Position numbers and translations under genes: made by a program. A DNA stretch of 64,000 nucleotides, from assembly GCA_963828735.1 (NCBI GenBank), contig CAWHFW010000005.1:2080001-2144000 (forward strand), in the 5' to 3' direction. Under the pieces are notes generated by a model, which saw nothing but the letters and a program-made list of their open reading frames with translations, made no database searches and was not told the origin of the DNA. This stretch comes from an uncultured Gemmatimonadales bacterium. GTDB taxonomy: Bacteria > Gemmatimonadota > Gemmatimonadetes > Gemmatimonadales > GWC2-71-9. The first letter of the stretch is position 1. Each line of letters begins with the position of its first letter. Shown in pieces: positions 9,178 through 19,225 of this stretch.

Positions 9178-10317
9178 ATGCCCGACACGCGATTGATCCG
9201 CGCCTTCCTCGAGCCGCAGCACGGGTCGCTCGCCGCGCGGGCGGGCGACTTCGCGATGGCGGAGATCGCTACCCGTCCGGAACCGGTTGACGATGACGCA
9301 GCCAGGACCGAGGCGCGGGCTCTCCTCGGACTGCTCGGTGCGGGAGGCTGGCTCCAGCCGATCTTCGACCTCGATCTTCGCGGCTGCTGCCTGACGCGAG
9401 AGGCACTGGGAGAGGCATCACCGCTGGCCGACGCGGTGTTCGCGCTGCAAGGGCTCGGCACCACACCGATCCTGCTGGGCGGCACGCCGGCGCAGAAGGA
9501 ACGCTGGCTCGGCCCGATCGCCAGGGGAACGGTCATGACCGCCTTCGCGATGACCGAGCCGGAGGCAGGGTCGGACGTCACCGGGATTGCGACGACCGGC
9601 CGGCGCGAGGGATCGGGCTACGTGCTCAACGGGGTGAAGACGCTGATCTCGAACGCCGGCATCGCCGATCTCTATGCCGTGTTCGCCTCTACCGACGGGA
9701 GCAAGGGGGCCAAGGGTATCAGTTGCTTCCTGGTGCCGGCCGACGCGCCCGGGCTCCGATTCGTGGAGCCGCAGGTGCTGAGCGCCCCGCACCCGTTAGG
9801 CGAGATCGCGTTCGAGGACTGTCAGGTGCCGGCGGACGCGATGCTCGGCAGCGAGGGACGCGGCTACGCGCTCGGCCTTGCAACCCTCGACCGGCTGCGG
9901 CCCACGGTGGCCGCGGCTGCGTGCGGGATGGCGACTCGCGCGCTCGCCGAGTCGCTGGTCCACGTGAAGCGGCGACAGCAGTTCGGGAAACCGCTGGCCC
10001 AGTTCCAGCTGGTGCAACAGAAGCTGGCCCGGACCGCCACCGATCTCGCGGCCGCCCGGCTCCTGACCTATCGCGCCGCCTATGAGAAGGACCAGGGACA
10101 GGAGCGGATCACGAGCGAAGCAGCCATGGCGAAGTCCTTCGCCACCGAGATGGCGCAGCGGGCGGTGGACGACGCGGTGCAGCTCATCGGCGGGCGCGGG
10201 GTACTGGCCAGCCATCCGGTGGAACGGCTGTACCGCGCGGTCCGGGCGCTCCGGATCTACGAGGGGACGACGGAGATCCAGCAGCTGATCATCGCGGGGG
10301 AGCTGCTCAAGCAGTAG
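9178..10317 (+). CDS. Acyl-CoA dehydrogenase
   Basis: FAMTEPEAGSD, LNGVKTLISN, RQQFGKPL, RIYEGTTEIQ. Confidence 0.93.
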   Translation: MPDTRLIRAFLEPQHGSLAARAGDFAMAEIATRPEPVDDDAARTEARALLGLLGAGGWLQPIFDLDLRGCCLTREALGEASPLADAVFALQGLGTTPILLGGTPAQKERWLGPIARGTVMTAFAMTEPEAGSDVTGIATTGRREGSGYVLNGVKTLISNAGIADLYAVFASTDGSKGAKGISCFLVPADAPGLRFVEPQVLSAPHPLGEIAFEDCQVPADAMLGSEGRGYALGLATLDRLRPTVAAAACGMATRALAESLVHVKRRQQFGKPLAQFQLVQQKLARTATDLAAARLLTYRAAYEKDQGQERITSEAAMAKSFATEMAQRAVDDAVQLIGGRGVLASHPVERLYRAVRALRIYEGTTEIQQLIIAGELLKQ

Positions 10318-10336
10318 TCCGGGAGCCGATCCATGG

Positions 10337-10465
10337 ATTCACCACGGAAACACGGAAGGCACGGAAGACGGCCGCGGAAAACCGGCAGGACTGTGTGGGT
10401 GTGCTGTTCCACCCTCAATCTTTCCTCCGCACTCCCTCCGTGTCTTCCGTGTTTCCGTGGTGAAT
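10337..10465. mobile_element. 129-bp non-coding mini-element (MITE/REPIN-like) with the same termini as the GxxExxY element
   Basis: Inverted repeats at 10337-10366 and 10436-10465 (28/30 match), nearly identical to 7764-7793 and 8295-8324. Confidence 0.7.
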
Positions 10466-10514
10466 ACCTCGAGGACATAGATTCAGATCGCCGAGGCACT
10501 CGCGAAGCAACGCT

Positions 10515-11966
10515 ATGTGGCACCCCGACCCCTTCGTGAAGCACCCTATCCCGGCGACGCATCCGCCCACCGCGGCGGAGGCGGCCCGCTCGCTCTGGTT
10601 CAGCCCCCTCCGCTCCGGCCGGCTCCAGCTGGAGGAGCGCACCTGGGTGCCGGCCATGGTACCCTGGCGGGCCACCGATGACGGGCTGGTCACGCCGGAG
10701 GTTCTGGCGTGGTACGAGCGCTTCGCGCGCGGACAGCCGGGGGCGCTCGTGGTCGAGGCCACCGGCATCCGGGACATCCCCAGCGGACCGCTCCTACGGA
10801 TCGGACACGATCGCTTCACCAGCGGCCTGGCGGAGCTGGCACGCACCGTCCGCCAGGCGAGCGGCGGCCGGACCCGCCTGTTCATCCAGGTCATCGACTT
10901 TCTCCGGATCCGCCGCCGGCCCCAGCCGGTGCGATACTTCCGGGAATTCCTGGAAATCACGGATCGGCACCGAGCCATCCTACCTGGCTCCGACGACGCG
11001 ATCCGTGAGGCGCTGGCGCGATTGCCGGAGGCCGAGTGGCCCCGATTCCTCAGCGAGCGGGAGCTCGAAAGCCTGCAGTTCGGCGAGCGGGAGCGGGTCA
11101 CCGACACCACGCTCCCTCACATCCGCGAGCTGCCGCGGGTCCTGCCGGAACTGTTCGCTGAAGCGGCGGAGCGCGCCGAGCAGGCGGGGTTCGACGGCGT
11201 GGAGCTGCACTACGCCCACGCGTATACCGTGGCGTCGTTTCTCTCCGCGCTGAACCAGCGGGATGACGGCTACGGTGGGTCCCGTGCCGATCGGGTGAAG
11301 TTGCCGCTCGAGGTCTACCGCGCGGTTCGCGCCGCGGTGAGCGATCGGTTCGTGGTGGGATGCCGGTTCCTGGCCGAGGAATGCATTCCTGGAGGCTACA
11401 CTGCAGAGGACGCAGCGTGGTTCGGCGCCGAGTTCGCGCGCGCCGGGATGGACTACCTCTCGCTCTCTCGCGGAGGCAAGTTCGAGGATGCCAGGCAGCC
11501 GCGAATTGGCTGGGCACGATACCCGTACACCGGGCCCAGCGGTTACGAGTGCATGCCGACCGTGCGGTCCGACCAACGCGGACCGTTCGGCCGCAACCGC
11601 GCGGCCACCCGCGCCGTGCGGGACGCGGTGCGTGCGGCGGGATGCAACACGCCGGTGGTGCTGTCGGGCGGCGTTTCGACCTTCGAGCAGGCCGAAGACC
11701 TGCTTCGGGCCGGCGACGCGGACATTATCGCCTCGGCCCGGCAGAGCTTGGCGGACCCCGACTGGTTCCGGAAGCTGAGGCTCGGCCGGGGCGATGAGGT
11801 CCGACGCTGCGTGTTCACCAACTACTGCGAGGGCCTGGACCAGGTGCACAAGCCGGTGACCTGCAAGCTCTGGGACCACACCGATCTGGAGGGTGAGGAT
11901 ACGCCTTTGACGCCCGACGGTCGGCGGAGGCTGGTGGCGCCGGCGTGGGAGCCCACCACCCGGTGA
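10515..11966 (+). CDS. NADH:flavin oxidoreductase (old yellow enzyme family)
   Basis: VVEATGI, AEQAGFDGVELHYAHAY, NQRDDGYGGS, ARQSLADPDW. Confidence 0.88.
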   Translation: MWHPDPFVKHPIPATHPPTAAEAARSLWFSPLRSGRLQLEERTWVPAMVPWRATDDGLVTPEVLAWYERFARGQPGALVVEATGIRDIPSGPLLRIGHDRFTSGLAELARTVRQASGGRTRLFIQVIDFLRIRRRPQPVRYFREFLEITDRHRAILPGSDDAIREALARLPEAEWPRFLSERELESLQFGERERVTDTTLPHIRELPRVLPELFAEAAERAEQAGFDGVELHYAHAYTVASFLSALNQRDDGYGGSRADRVKLPLEVYRAVRAAVSDRFVVGCRFLAEECIPGGYTAEDAAWFGAEFARAGMDYLSLSRGGKFEDARQPRIGWARYPYTGPSGYECMPTVRSDQRGPFGRNRAATRAVRDAVRAAGCNTPVVLSGGVSTFEQAEDLLRAGDADIIASARQSLADPDWFRKLRLGRGDEVRRCVFTNYCEGLDQVHKPVTCKLWDHTDLEGEDTPLTPDGRRRLVAPAWEPTTR

Positions 11967-14222
11967 GAGTAGCGGTCGTGGGCGCGGGTCCCGCGGGCCT
12001 CTATCTCGCCATCCTGCTCAAGCGTGACGACCCGGGCCACCAGGTGGCCGTGTACGAGCGGAACCGGCTCGAGGACACGTTCGGCTTCGGGGTGGTGTTC
12101 TCCGACGAGACCCTCGAGAACGTCGGCGAGGCTGATCCCGAGACCAACGCTACCATGGCTGCGGCGGCGGCGCACTGGGAGGACATCGAGATCCACTACC
12201 GTGGCACCGTCACGCGGTCCACGGGGCATCGCTTTTCGGGGGTGGAGCGGAAGACCTTGCTGGAGCTGCTGGCTCGGCGGGCACACGCGCTGGGAGTGCA
12301 GGTGCATTGGCAGCAGGAGATTCGCGAGGTCTCCGACTGCGGTCTTCCCAAGGCCGATCTGGTGGTCGCCGCGGACGGCGCGGCGAGCCTGATCCGCGAC
12401 CGGCTCTCGGACCAGTTCCAGCCCAGCCTCGACTGGCGCCGCAACCGCTTCGTCTGGCTCGGGACCACCCGCCCCTTTCCCGCGTTCACGTTCTACTTCA
12501 AGCCTTCGCCGGCCGGTCTGTGGCGGACCCATGCGTACCAGTACGCCCCTGGCCGCTCGACCTTCATCGTCGAGGCCAGGGAGGAGACCTGGCAGGCCAG
12601 CGGCCTCGCCGAGGACGACGAGCAGGGCACGGTCGCCTACCTGCAGCGGCTCTTCAAGGACGAGCTGCAGGGCCACTCCCTCCTCGCCAACCGGTCCATC
12701 TGGCGCCGCTTCCCCACGGTGCGGAATGCTCGCTGGCACGCGGGGAACGTCGTGCTCCTGGGCGACGCCGCGCATACGGCGCACTTCTCGGTGGGCTCGG
12801 GCACCAAGCTCGCGATGGAAGACGCGATCGCGCTGGCCGCGGCGCTCAAGGCCGAAAGGTCGGTTCCAGGCCGCCCTCGCCAGCTACGAGGCCGGACGGC
12901 GCCCCCAGGTGGAGAGTCTTCAACGCGCGGCCCAGGCCAGCCTCGAGTGGTTCGAGTCGGTGGAGCGCTACCACGATACCGAACCGCTGCAGTTCGCCTT
13001 CAACCTGCTCACCCGAAGCCTTCGCATCACCCACGACAACCTGAAGCTTCGCGATCCGCCGCTGGTGGCGCAGGTGGACCGCTGGTTCGCCGGGCAGGCC
13101 GCCAGGCAGAGTGGGCGACCGGTGTCGGTCGATCCCTGCCCGCCGCCGCTGTTCACGCCCTACCGGCTGCGCGAGCTGGTGCTGCCCAACCGAATCGTGG
13201 TCTCCTCGATGTGCCAGTACCGCGCCGAGGACGGGCAGCCGAACGACTGGCACCTGGTGCACCTGGGCAGCCGTGCCATCGGCGGCGCCGGCCTGGTGAT
13301 GACCGAGATGACCGACGTGAGCCGCGAGGGACGCATCTCGCCCGGCTGCGCCGGTATGTATCTCCCGGCCCATGTGGCCGGATGGCGGCGGATCGTGGAG
13401 TTCGTGCACCGGGAGAGCGAGGCCAAGATCGGTATGCAGCTCTCCCATGCCGGCCGGAAAGGCTCGACCTGTGTGCTGTGGGAGGGCGAGGACGAGCCGC
13501 TGCCGGAGGGCAATTGGCCGCTGATCGCACCGTCCCCGATTCCCTACCGGGCTCACAACCAGACGCCTCGGGAAATGACCAGGGACGACATGGACCAGGT
13601 GGCCGCGGACTTCGTCCGTGCCGCCGGCATGGCGGATGCCTCCGGCTTCGACCTGCTGGAGCTGCACCTGGCGCATGGGTACCTGCTGGCCTCGTTCATC
13701 TCGCCCCTCACCAACCGGCGAACCGACGAGTACGGCGGGTCCCTGGCCAACCGCATGCGCTATCCACTGGAGATCGTGACCCGCGTGCGCGCCGAGTGGC
13801 CTCCGGCCAAGCCGCTGTCGGTCAGGATCTCCGCCGTCGACTGGGCCCCCGGCGGCACGGAGGCGCACGACGCCGTGGAGGTGGCACGGATGGTGGTCGC
13901 GGCGGGAGCCGATATCGTGGACGTCTCCGCGGGGCAGACCGTCCCCGATGCCAAGCCGGTTTACGGCCGCCAGTTCCAGACCCCGTTCAGCGACCGGGTC
14001 CGGCACGAGGCGCGGGTGCCCACGATGACCGTGGGGAACATCTCGTCGCCGGCCGACGTCAACACCATCCTGGCTGCCGGGCGTGCCGACCTGGTGGTGC
14101 TGGCTCGGGCACATCTGTGGGACCCGTACTGGACTCGCCACGCGGCCGCGGACCTGAGCTACCCGCTCTCCTGGCCCCCGATGTACGAGACGCTCAACCG
14201 GTACAAGCCCCGAATGCGGTGA
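11963..14222 (+). CDS. abmA: Anthraniloyl-CoA monooxygenase/reductase (FAD monooxygenase + OYE domain), frameshifted near 12869
   Basis: [41 protein letters not shown] in one frame; after a +1 shift [34 protein letters not shown]. Confidence 0.85.
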
Positions 14223-14241
14223 ATCGACCGTAAATTCCATC

Positions 14242-15021
14242 ATGCCTTCGTACACCGAGTACCTGAAGATCAATGAGCTGCTCGCGCTCCAGCACCCTCT
14301 GTCGGAGGGGCCGGAGCACGACGAGATGCTGTTCATCGTGATTCATCAGGTCTACGAGCTCTGGTTCAAGGAGATCCTGCACGAGTTGGACCACCTCGCG
14401 GGCCTGCTGGGGCGCAACGATGGCGCGCGCGCGCGGGGCACGCTCAAGCGGATCCTTACCATCCTCAAGGTCATGGTCGCCCAGCTCGACATCCTGGAGA
14501 CGATGACACCGCTCGAGTTCCTCTCGTTCCGCGATCGACTGGAGTCCGGGAGCGGATTCCAGTCGTACCAGTTCCGCGAGCTGGAGTTTGCGCTGGGCTG
14601 GAAAGACGCGAAGGCGCTGGAACGCTATCCGGCCGGCAGCGAGACTCGCGCGCGCCTCGAGCGGCGCTTCGAGTCGGCCTCGCTGTGGGACGCCTTCCTG
14701 CACCATCTGGCGGCCAACGGCGTGCCCGTGCCTGCGACCGACCTCCGGCGCGACGTCACCCGGCGGGTCGAGTCCTCTCCCGCGCTTCGGGATGTCCTGA
14801 TCGCCGTGTATCGGGGCCAACCGGCGCTGGCCGAGCTGTGCGAACGGCTGGTGGATCTGGACGAAGGGCTCATGGAGTGGCGCTACCGACACGTCAAGAT
14901 GGTCCAGCGCACCATCGGGACTCGTCGGGGCACGGGGGGCAGCGCCGGTGCGGACTATCTGCTCGGCACCCTGAATCAGCCGTTGTTTCCGGATCTCTGG
15001 GCCATCCGCACAGAACTGTGA
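14242..15021 (+). CDS. kynA: Tryptophan 2,3-dioxygenase
   Basis: HDEMLFIVIHQVYELWFK, SGFQSYQFRELE, WRYRHVKMVQRTIG, GTGGS. Confidence 0.95.
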   Translation: MPSYTEYLKINELLALQHPLSEGPEHDEMLFIVIHQVYELWFKEILHELDHLAGLLGRNDGARARGTLKRILTILKVMVAQLDILETMTPLEFLSFRDRLESGSGFQSYQFRELEFALGWKDAKALERYPAGSETRARLERRFESASLWDAFLHHLAANGVPVPATDLRRDVTRRVESSPALRDVLIAVYRGQPALAELCERLVDLDEGLMEWRYRHVKMVQRTIGTRRGTGGSAGADYLLGTLNQPLFPDLWAIRTEL

Positions 15022-16232
15022 AACACGCCCAGGTCATGGATCTCACGTCTCTGTACGCTTCCCCCAACGCCATCGCGAGCCACTATTCGCAGTTCCGAGT
15101 GTCGGACCGGCTCCTGCTCACCGGGCACTCGCACCAGGCCTGGCCCGACTGCGGATTCGACGGCCAGAAGGCCGCCTGGCTGGACGCCGCGCGGTACGTG
15201 GACGACAAATGGGAGCAGGCGTTCATACAAGCCGAGCGGGTTCGCGAGGGGTTCGCGCGGCTCCTGGGCGACACCGACGGCGATATCGCACTGGGGGCCA
15301 ACACCCACGAGCTGCTCGTGCGTCTACTTTCGGCGCTGCCGCTCGCAGCTCGACCACGCCTGGTGACCACTGATGGCGAGTTCCACAGCATCCGTCGGCA
15401 GCTCGACCGCCTGGAGGAGGAAGGGCTCACCGTCGTGCGGATACCGGAGGCGCCGCTCGAGTCGCTGGCCGCTCGACTCGGGCGCGCCGTGGACGACCGC
15501 ACCGCGCTGGTGCTGGTCTCGGCCGTGTTCTTCGATACCGGACGCATCGCCCGCGGGCTGGGCGAGGTAGCGTCGAGCTGCCGGCGGCAAGGCAGCCGGC
15601 TGCTGGTCGACGCTTACCACGCGCTCAACGTGGTGCCGTTCTCGCTCGGTGACGAGGGGCTCGGCGACACCTTCGTCGTGGGCGGGGGCTACAAGTACTG
15701 CCAGCTGGGAGAAGGGAACTGCTTCCTGAGAATTCCGCCGAACACCGACCTTCGGCCGGTGGTGACCGGGTGGTATAGCGAGTTCACCGTGCTGGCGGAT
15801 CGCCGGCGCGAGGAGCGGGTGGCCTACGGGAGGGGCGGCGATCGGTTCGCCGGCTCGACCTACGACCCGACGAGCCACTATCGGGCCGTGCCGGTGTTCG
15901 ACTTCTTCCGCGCGCATGGACTCACACCCGAGGTGCTGCGGACAGTGAGCCAGCATCAGATCGGGCTTCTCGCTTCGGCGTTCGACGCGCTGGATCTCGA
16001 TCCCCGACGGCTGAGCCGCGACCGCGCCTGTCCGCTCGACGAGGTCGGCGGCTTCCTCGCGCTCCGATCGCCATCAGCCGGAGCGCTGGTGAGCAGTCTT
16101 CGTACCCGCGGGGTCTGGACCGATGCCCGAGGCGAGATCCTGAGGCTGGGCCCCGCACCTTACCTGTCCGACCGCCAGCTCCGAGACGCGATCGGGCTCC
16201 TGGGAGAGGCGGCTCGCGCAACGCCCACCTGA
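15018..16232 (+). CDS. kynU: Kynureninase (PLP-dependent, class V)
   Basis: LVDAYH, GGYKYCQLGEG, RPVVTGW; GTGA overlap with kynA (alternative ATG 15036). Confidence 0.8.
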   Translation: MKHAQVMDLTSLYASPNAIASHYSQFRVSDRLLLTGHSHQAWPDCGFDGQKAAWLDAARYVDDKWEQAFIQAERVREGFARLLGDTDGDIALGANTHELLVRLLSALPLAARPRLVTTDGEFHSIRRQLDRLEEEGLTVVRIPEAPLESLAARLGRAVDDRTALVLVSAVFFDTGRIARGLGEVASSCRRQGSRLLVDAYHALNVVPFSLGDEGLGDTFVVGGGYKYCQLGEGNCFLRIPPNTDLRPVVTGWYSEFTVLADRRREERVAYGRGGDRFAGSTYDPTSHYRAVPVFDFFRAHGLTPEVLRTVSQHQIGLLASAFDALDLDPRRLSRDRACPLDEVGGFLALRSPSAGALVSSLRTRGVWTDARGEILRLGPAPYLSDRQLRDAIGLLGEAARATPT

Positions 16233-16303
16233 GCGGACCGGACCTCAATACCTCTCAGTACCACGCGCGGGAACCTTGCACCCAGCGATTCGGTTCAGCA
16301 CTC

Positions 16304-17377
16304 ATGCGTCCCATCGAACTCGGCCTCGACACCTTTGGCGACGTCACCCTCGACGCCGCCGGCCGTCCGCTGCATCACGCCCAAGTCCTCCGCAACGTCG
16401 TCGCTGAGGCTGAGCTCGCCGACCAGCTCGGCGTCAACTTCATCGGTGTCGGCGAGCACCACCGCGCCGACTTCGCGATTAGCGCTCCGGAGGTCGTGCT
16501 AGCGGCCATCGCCACCCGGACCGAGCGGATCAAGCTCGGTACCGCCGTCACCGTCCTCAGCACCGACGACCCCGTCCGCGTCTACGAGCGCTTCGCCACC
16601 CTCGATGCGCTCTCCAACGGCCGCGCCGAGGTGATCCTCGGCCGCGGCTCGTTCACCGAGTCGTTCCCGCTGTTCGGCTATTCGCTCGAGGACTACGACG
16701 ACCTGTTCGAGGAGAAGCTCGCGCTGTTCGCGGCCATCCGGGATGCCGACCGCACCGGCCAGCCCGTCCATTGGAAGGGCACCGTGCGCCCGCCGGTCGA
16801 GGGCATGCGCGTCTATCCGCCGGTCGAGCGCCCGCCGCTCAGCACCTGGGTCGGCGTCGGCGGCAGCCCGGAGTCGGTGGTCCGCGCGGCGCGCTACGGC
16901 TTCCCGCTCACGCTCGCCATCATCGGCGGCGACCCGCGGCGCTTCGTCCCCTACGTCGAGCTCTACCACCGCGCCCTCGCCCAGCTCGGCCAGCCGGCGA
17001 CGCTGCCGGTCGGCGTCCACTCGCCGGGCCACATCGCCGACACCGACGCCGAGGCCGCCGAGGAGCTCTGGCCCCACTATCAGGTCATGCGGAACCGGAT
17101 CGGCAGCGAGCGCGGCTGGCCGCCGACCAGCCGGGCCGAGTTCGATCGCGAGATCGCCGCGGGCTCGCTGTACGTCGGCTCGCCCGAGACGGTCGCCCGG
17201 AAGATCGCCGCGACCGTGGGCGCCCTCGGCGCGTCGCGGTTCGATCTCAAGTACAGCGCGGGCACGCTGCCGCACGAGGCCATGATGCGGAGCATCGAGC
17301 TGTACGGGCGCGAGGTGATGCCGCGGGTGCGGGAGCTGGTCGCCGAGACCTCGGCCGTACTTGCCAACCACGGGTGA
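16304..17377 (+). CDS. LLM-class flavin-dependent oxidoreductase
   Basis: GVGEHHRADF, AVTVLSTDDPVRV, ILGRGSFTESFPLFG. Confidence 0.92.
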   Translation: MRPIELGLDTFGDVTLDAAGRPLHHAQVLRNVVAEAELADQLGVNFIGVGEHHRADFAISAPEVVLAAIATRTERIKLGTAVTVLSTDDPVRVYERFATLDALSNGRAEVILGRGSFTESFPLFGYSLEDYDDLFEEKLALFAAIRDADRTGQPVHWKGTVRPPVEGMRVYPPVERPPLSTWVGVGGSPESVVRAARYGFPLTLAIIGGDPRRFVPYVELYHRALAQLGQPATLPVGVHSPGHIADTDAEAAEELWPHYQVMRNRIGSERGWPPTSRAEFDREIAAGSLYVGSPETVARKIAATVGALGASRFDLKYSAGTLPHEAMMRSIELYGREVMPRVRELVAETSAVLANHG

Positions 17378-17485
17378 GGCCAAGGATTCGGTAGAAGGCC
17401 GCGCGCGGACTGAGGTGGTGACCGTGCGTGGGCAGAGGTGAGCGGTCTAAAGGAGGTCGATCGGCCGGAAGGGCGTGCGGTCAGC

Positions 17486-18028
17486 TCACGTCGCGTGCGC
17501 GGAAGCGTCGGTGCCGGGCGTCGTCGCAGGCGTCTTTCCGGCCTCCGGCCGGAGACGCGGCTCGGCGCCGAGCCAATAGAGCCCGTTGGCCATGATGCAG
17601 AAGCCCGTGACCGCGAACCACACCATCGCGGCGCCGACGAAGCCCGTGAACATGAGCCACCAGCGGCTGTAGACCAGGACCAGGGTCGATGCGACCGAGA
17701 TGTTGATCCCGACCGCCAGGTAGATCCGCCGCTCGAGGTACCAGCTGTCCGTCCGCATGAAGTAGAGCTTGCCCCGCTCGGGCTCGCCTTCGCCGAGCAT
17801 CGGCGTGAAGCCCAACAGCCGGAGCACGTTCCCGACGATACAGAACCCGGTCAGGGCAACCGTGATTGATGCGACGCCGGTGGCAATGACCAGCAGCACC
17901 CAGCGCGGATCCAGCGTCGCGGCGAGCGCCGTGCCCAGAAGCAGCACCACGCCAGCGATCAGCCAGACGGTCCGCTCGATATACCAGCGGTGGGTGGGGA
18001 CGATGTAAACCCCGGATCGAACAGGCAT
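17486..18028 (-). CDS. Membrane protein with two tandem DUF2892 (YgaP-like) units
   Basis: Internal repeat WYIERTVWLIAG..TGFC / WYLERRIYLAVG..TGFC. Confidence 0.78.
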   Translation of the reverse strand: MPVRSGVYIVPTHRWYIERTVWLIAGVVLLLGTALAATLDPRWVLLVIATGVASITVALTGFCIVGNVLRLLGFTPMLGEGEPERGKLYFMRTDSWYLERRIYLAVGINISVASTLVLVYSRWWLMFTGFVGAAMVWFAVTGFCIMANGLYWLGAEPRLRPEAGKTPATTPGTDASAHAT

Positions 18029-18099
18029 ACCAGACTACAGTAGCGATCTCAATCAACGGTCGCCAGAGTGGGCCGCCGCCCGCCTTCCCCGGATCGCAG

Positions 18100-18185
18100 C
18101 GCCCTCGGCGCGTCGCGGTTCGATCTCAAGTACAGCGCGGGCAGGCTGCCGCACGAGGCCATGATGCGGAGCACCGAGGTGTACG
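18100..18185 (+). repeat. 86-bp direct copy of part of the LLM gene 3' region (17221-17306)
   Basis: 83/86 identical by direct comparison. Confidence 0.92.
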
Positions 18186-18620
18186 ACCGGACCTCTTGGC
18201 AATGAACTGGCCAAGGTGGAGCGGGAGAAATTGGAGGTGGCGGCGGAGACTTCGTTGACGCCGAGCAGCACCAGGGAAGCGCCGGCCTTGGCGGTCACGG
18301 CCGGCGGTCCAGCACGGTCAGGTGCCCGCAGCGCCGCGGCCACCGCCAGCAGCGCGCGGCCTGGGGCTAAACGGGGAGCGAACACGAGTATCTCCTGGCA
18401 GAGGGAAGGGTCGTAGAGGGCGTCTGGACCGCACGCGCCTTACCAGGAACTCGTAAATTGGCCCTCGAAACCGGACAGCCGCCTGACATGCTCACGGCCC
18501 GCCGTTTAGCCGCCACGGCGCTCGCTTGCGGCCCTCCCACGGCTACGCCGTCCGAGGAGGGTGTTCTGCGGATCTCGGTGACCCGATAGGCCCCGGCCCT
18601 GGCGCGGTTGGGCGCGCCGC

Positions 18621-19148
18621 CTAGCCCTCCCTGCTCGACGCTCGATCCACCGACCATTTTCCTCCGCCCCGCACCATCAACGCGATCGCCAGCGCGGCGG
18701 CCAGGATGTGGTACTCGAAGCCTTCCTGGCCTGCTGGGTACTGCCCGAACCAGTTCATCAAGAACCCGACCGGGGCGTGAACCGTGACGACCGCCACGAT
18801 CATGTTGCACAGGATGCCGAAGGCCGCGATGCGCGTCAGGAGTCCGGTGATCAAGCCCAACGAGCCTGCGAACTCCGCCGTGATGGCGAGGAAGGCGAAC
18901 AGCGCCGGGATGTGGGCCTGCTGGGTGAAGTACGCCATCGTGCCGCTGAAGCCGTAGCCGCCGAACCAGCCCAGCGCCTTCTGAGCGCCATGGGGGAACA
19001 TCACGACGCCGAGCGCAAGGCGGAGCAGGGTCGCGATCGGATCGTCGGTCGTGCCGACCAGCCGTTGCCGGAGGGAGCGAGCCCGTGCGGCCACCGGTCG
19101 CGAGGCCTGAGGAGAGACGGTGCGGCGATCGATCGTTGCGGAGGTCAT
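18621..19148 (-). CDS. DoxX family membrane protein
   Basis: LLRLALGVVMFPHGAQK, AEFAGSLGLITGLLTR, GFEYHIL. Confidence 0.9.
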   Translation of the reverse strand: MTSATIDRRTVSPQASRPVAARARSLRQRLVGTTDDPIATLLRLALGVVMFPHGAQKALGWFGGYGFSGTMAYFTQQAHIPALFAFLAITAEFAGSLGLITGLLTRIAAFGILCNMIVAVVTVHAPVGFLMNWFGQYPAGQEGFEYHILAAALAIALMVRGGGKWSVDRASSREG

Positions 19149-19193
19149 GCGTTCCTCGCGGGTAGTCGTGAATATCGGTAGATTGCTCAACTA

Positions 19194-19205
19194 ATGACTA
19201 GTCAA
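19194..19205. promoter_or_regulatory. Putative MarR operator upstream of doxX
   Basis: Palindrome TGACTAGTCA; near-identical site at 19730-19741. Confidence 0.55.
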
Positions 19206-19225
19206 CTATCGACTGAAAAAAACAC

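Noticed and set aside
7764..10465. CACGGAA repeats as a CRISPR array or composite transposon
   Set aside because: Repeats form two inverted pairs with no regular spacers or cas genes; the genes between them are ordinary operon members
12855..12880. Programmed frameshift in abmA
   Set aside because: No slippery sequence; one extra base explains it and similar indels occur elsewhere, so sequencing error or recent mutation is more likely
18053..18385. Minus-strand ORF with GGAG RBS at 18385
   Set aside because: No recognisable family and it runs into the LLM repeat; possibly a remnant but not supportable
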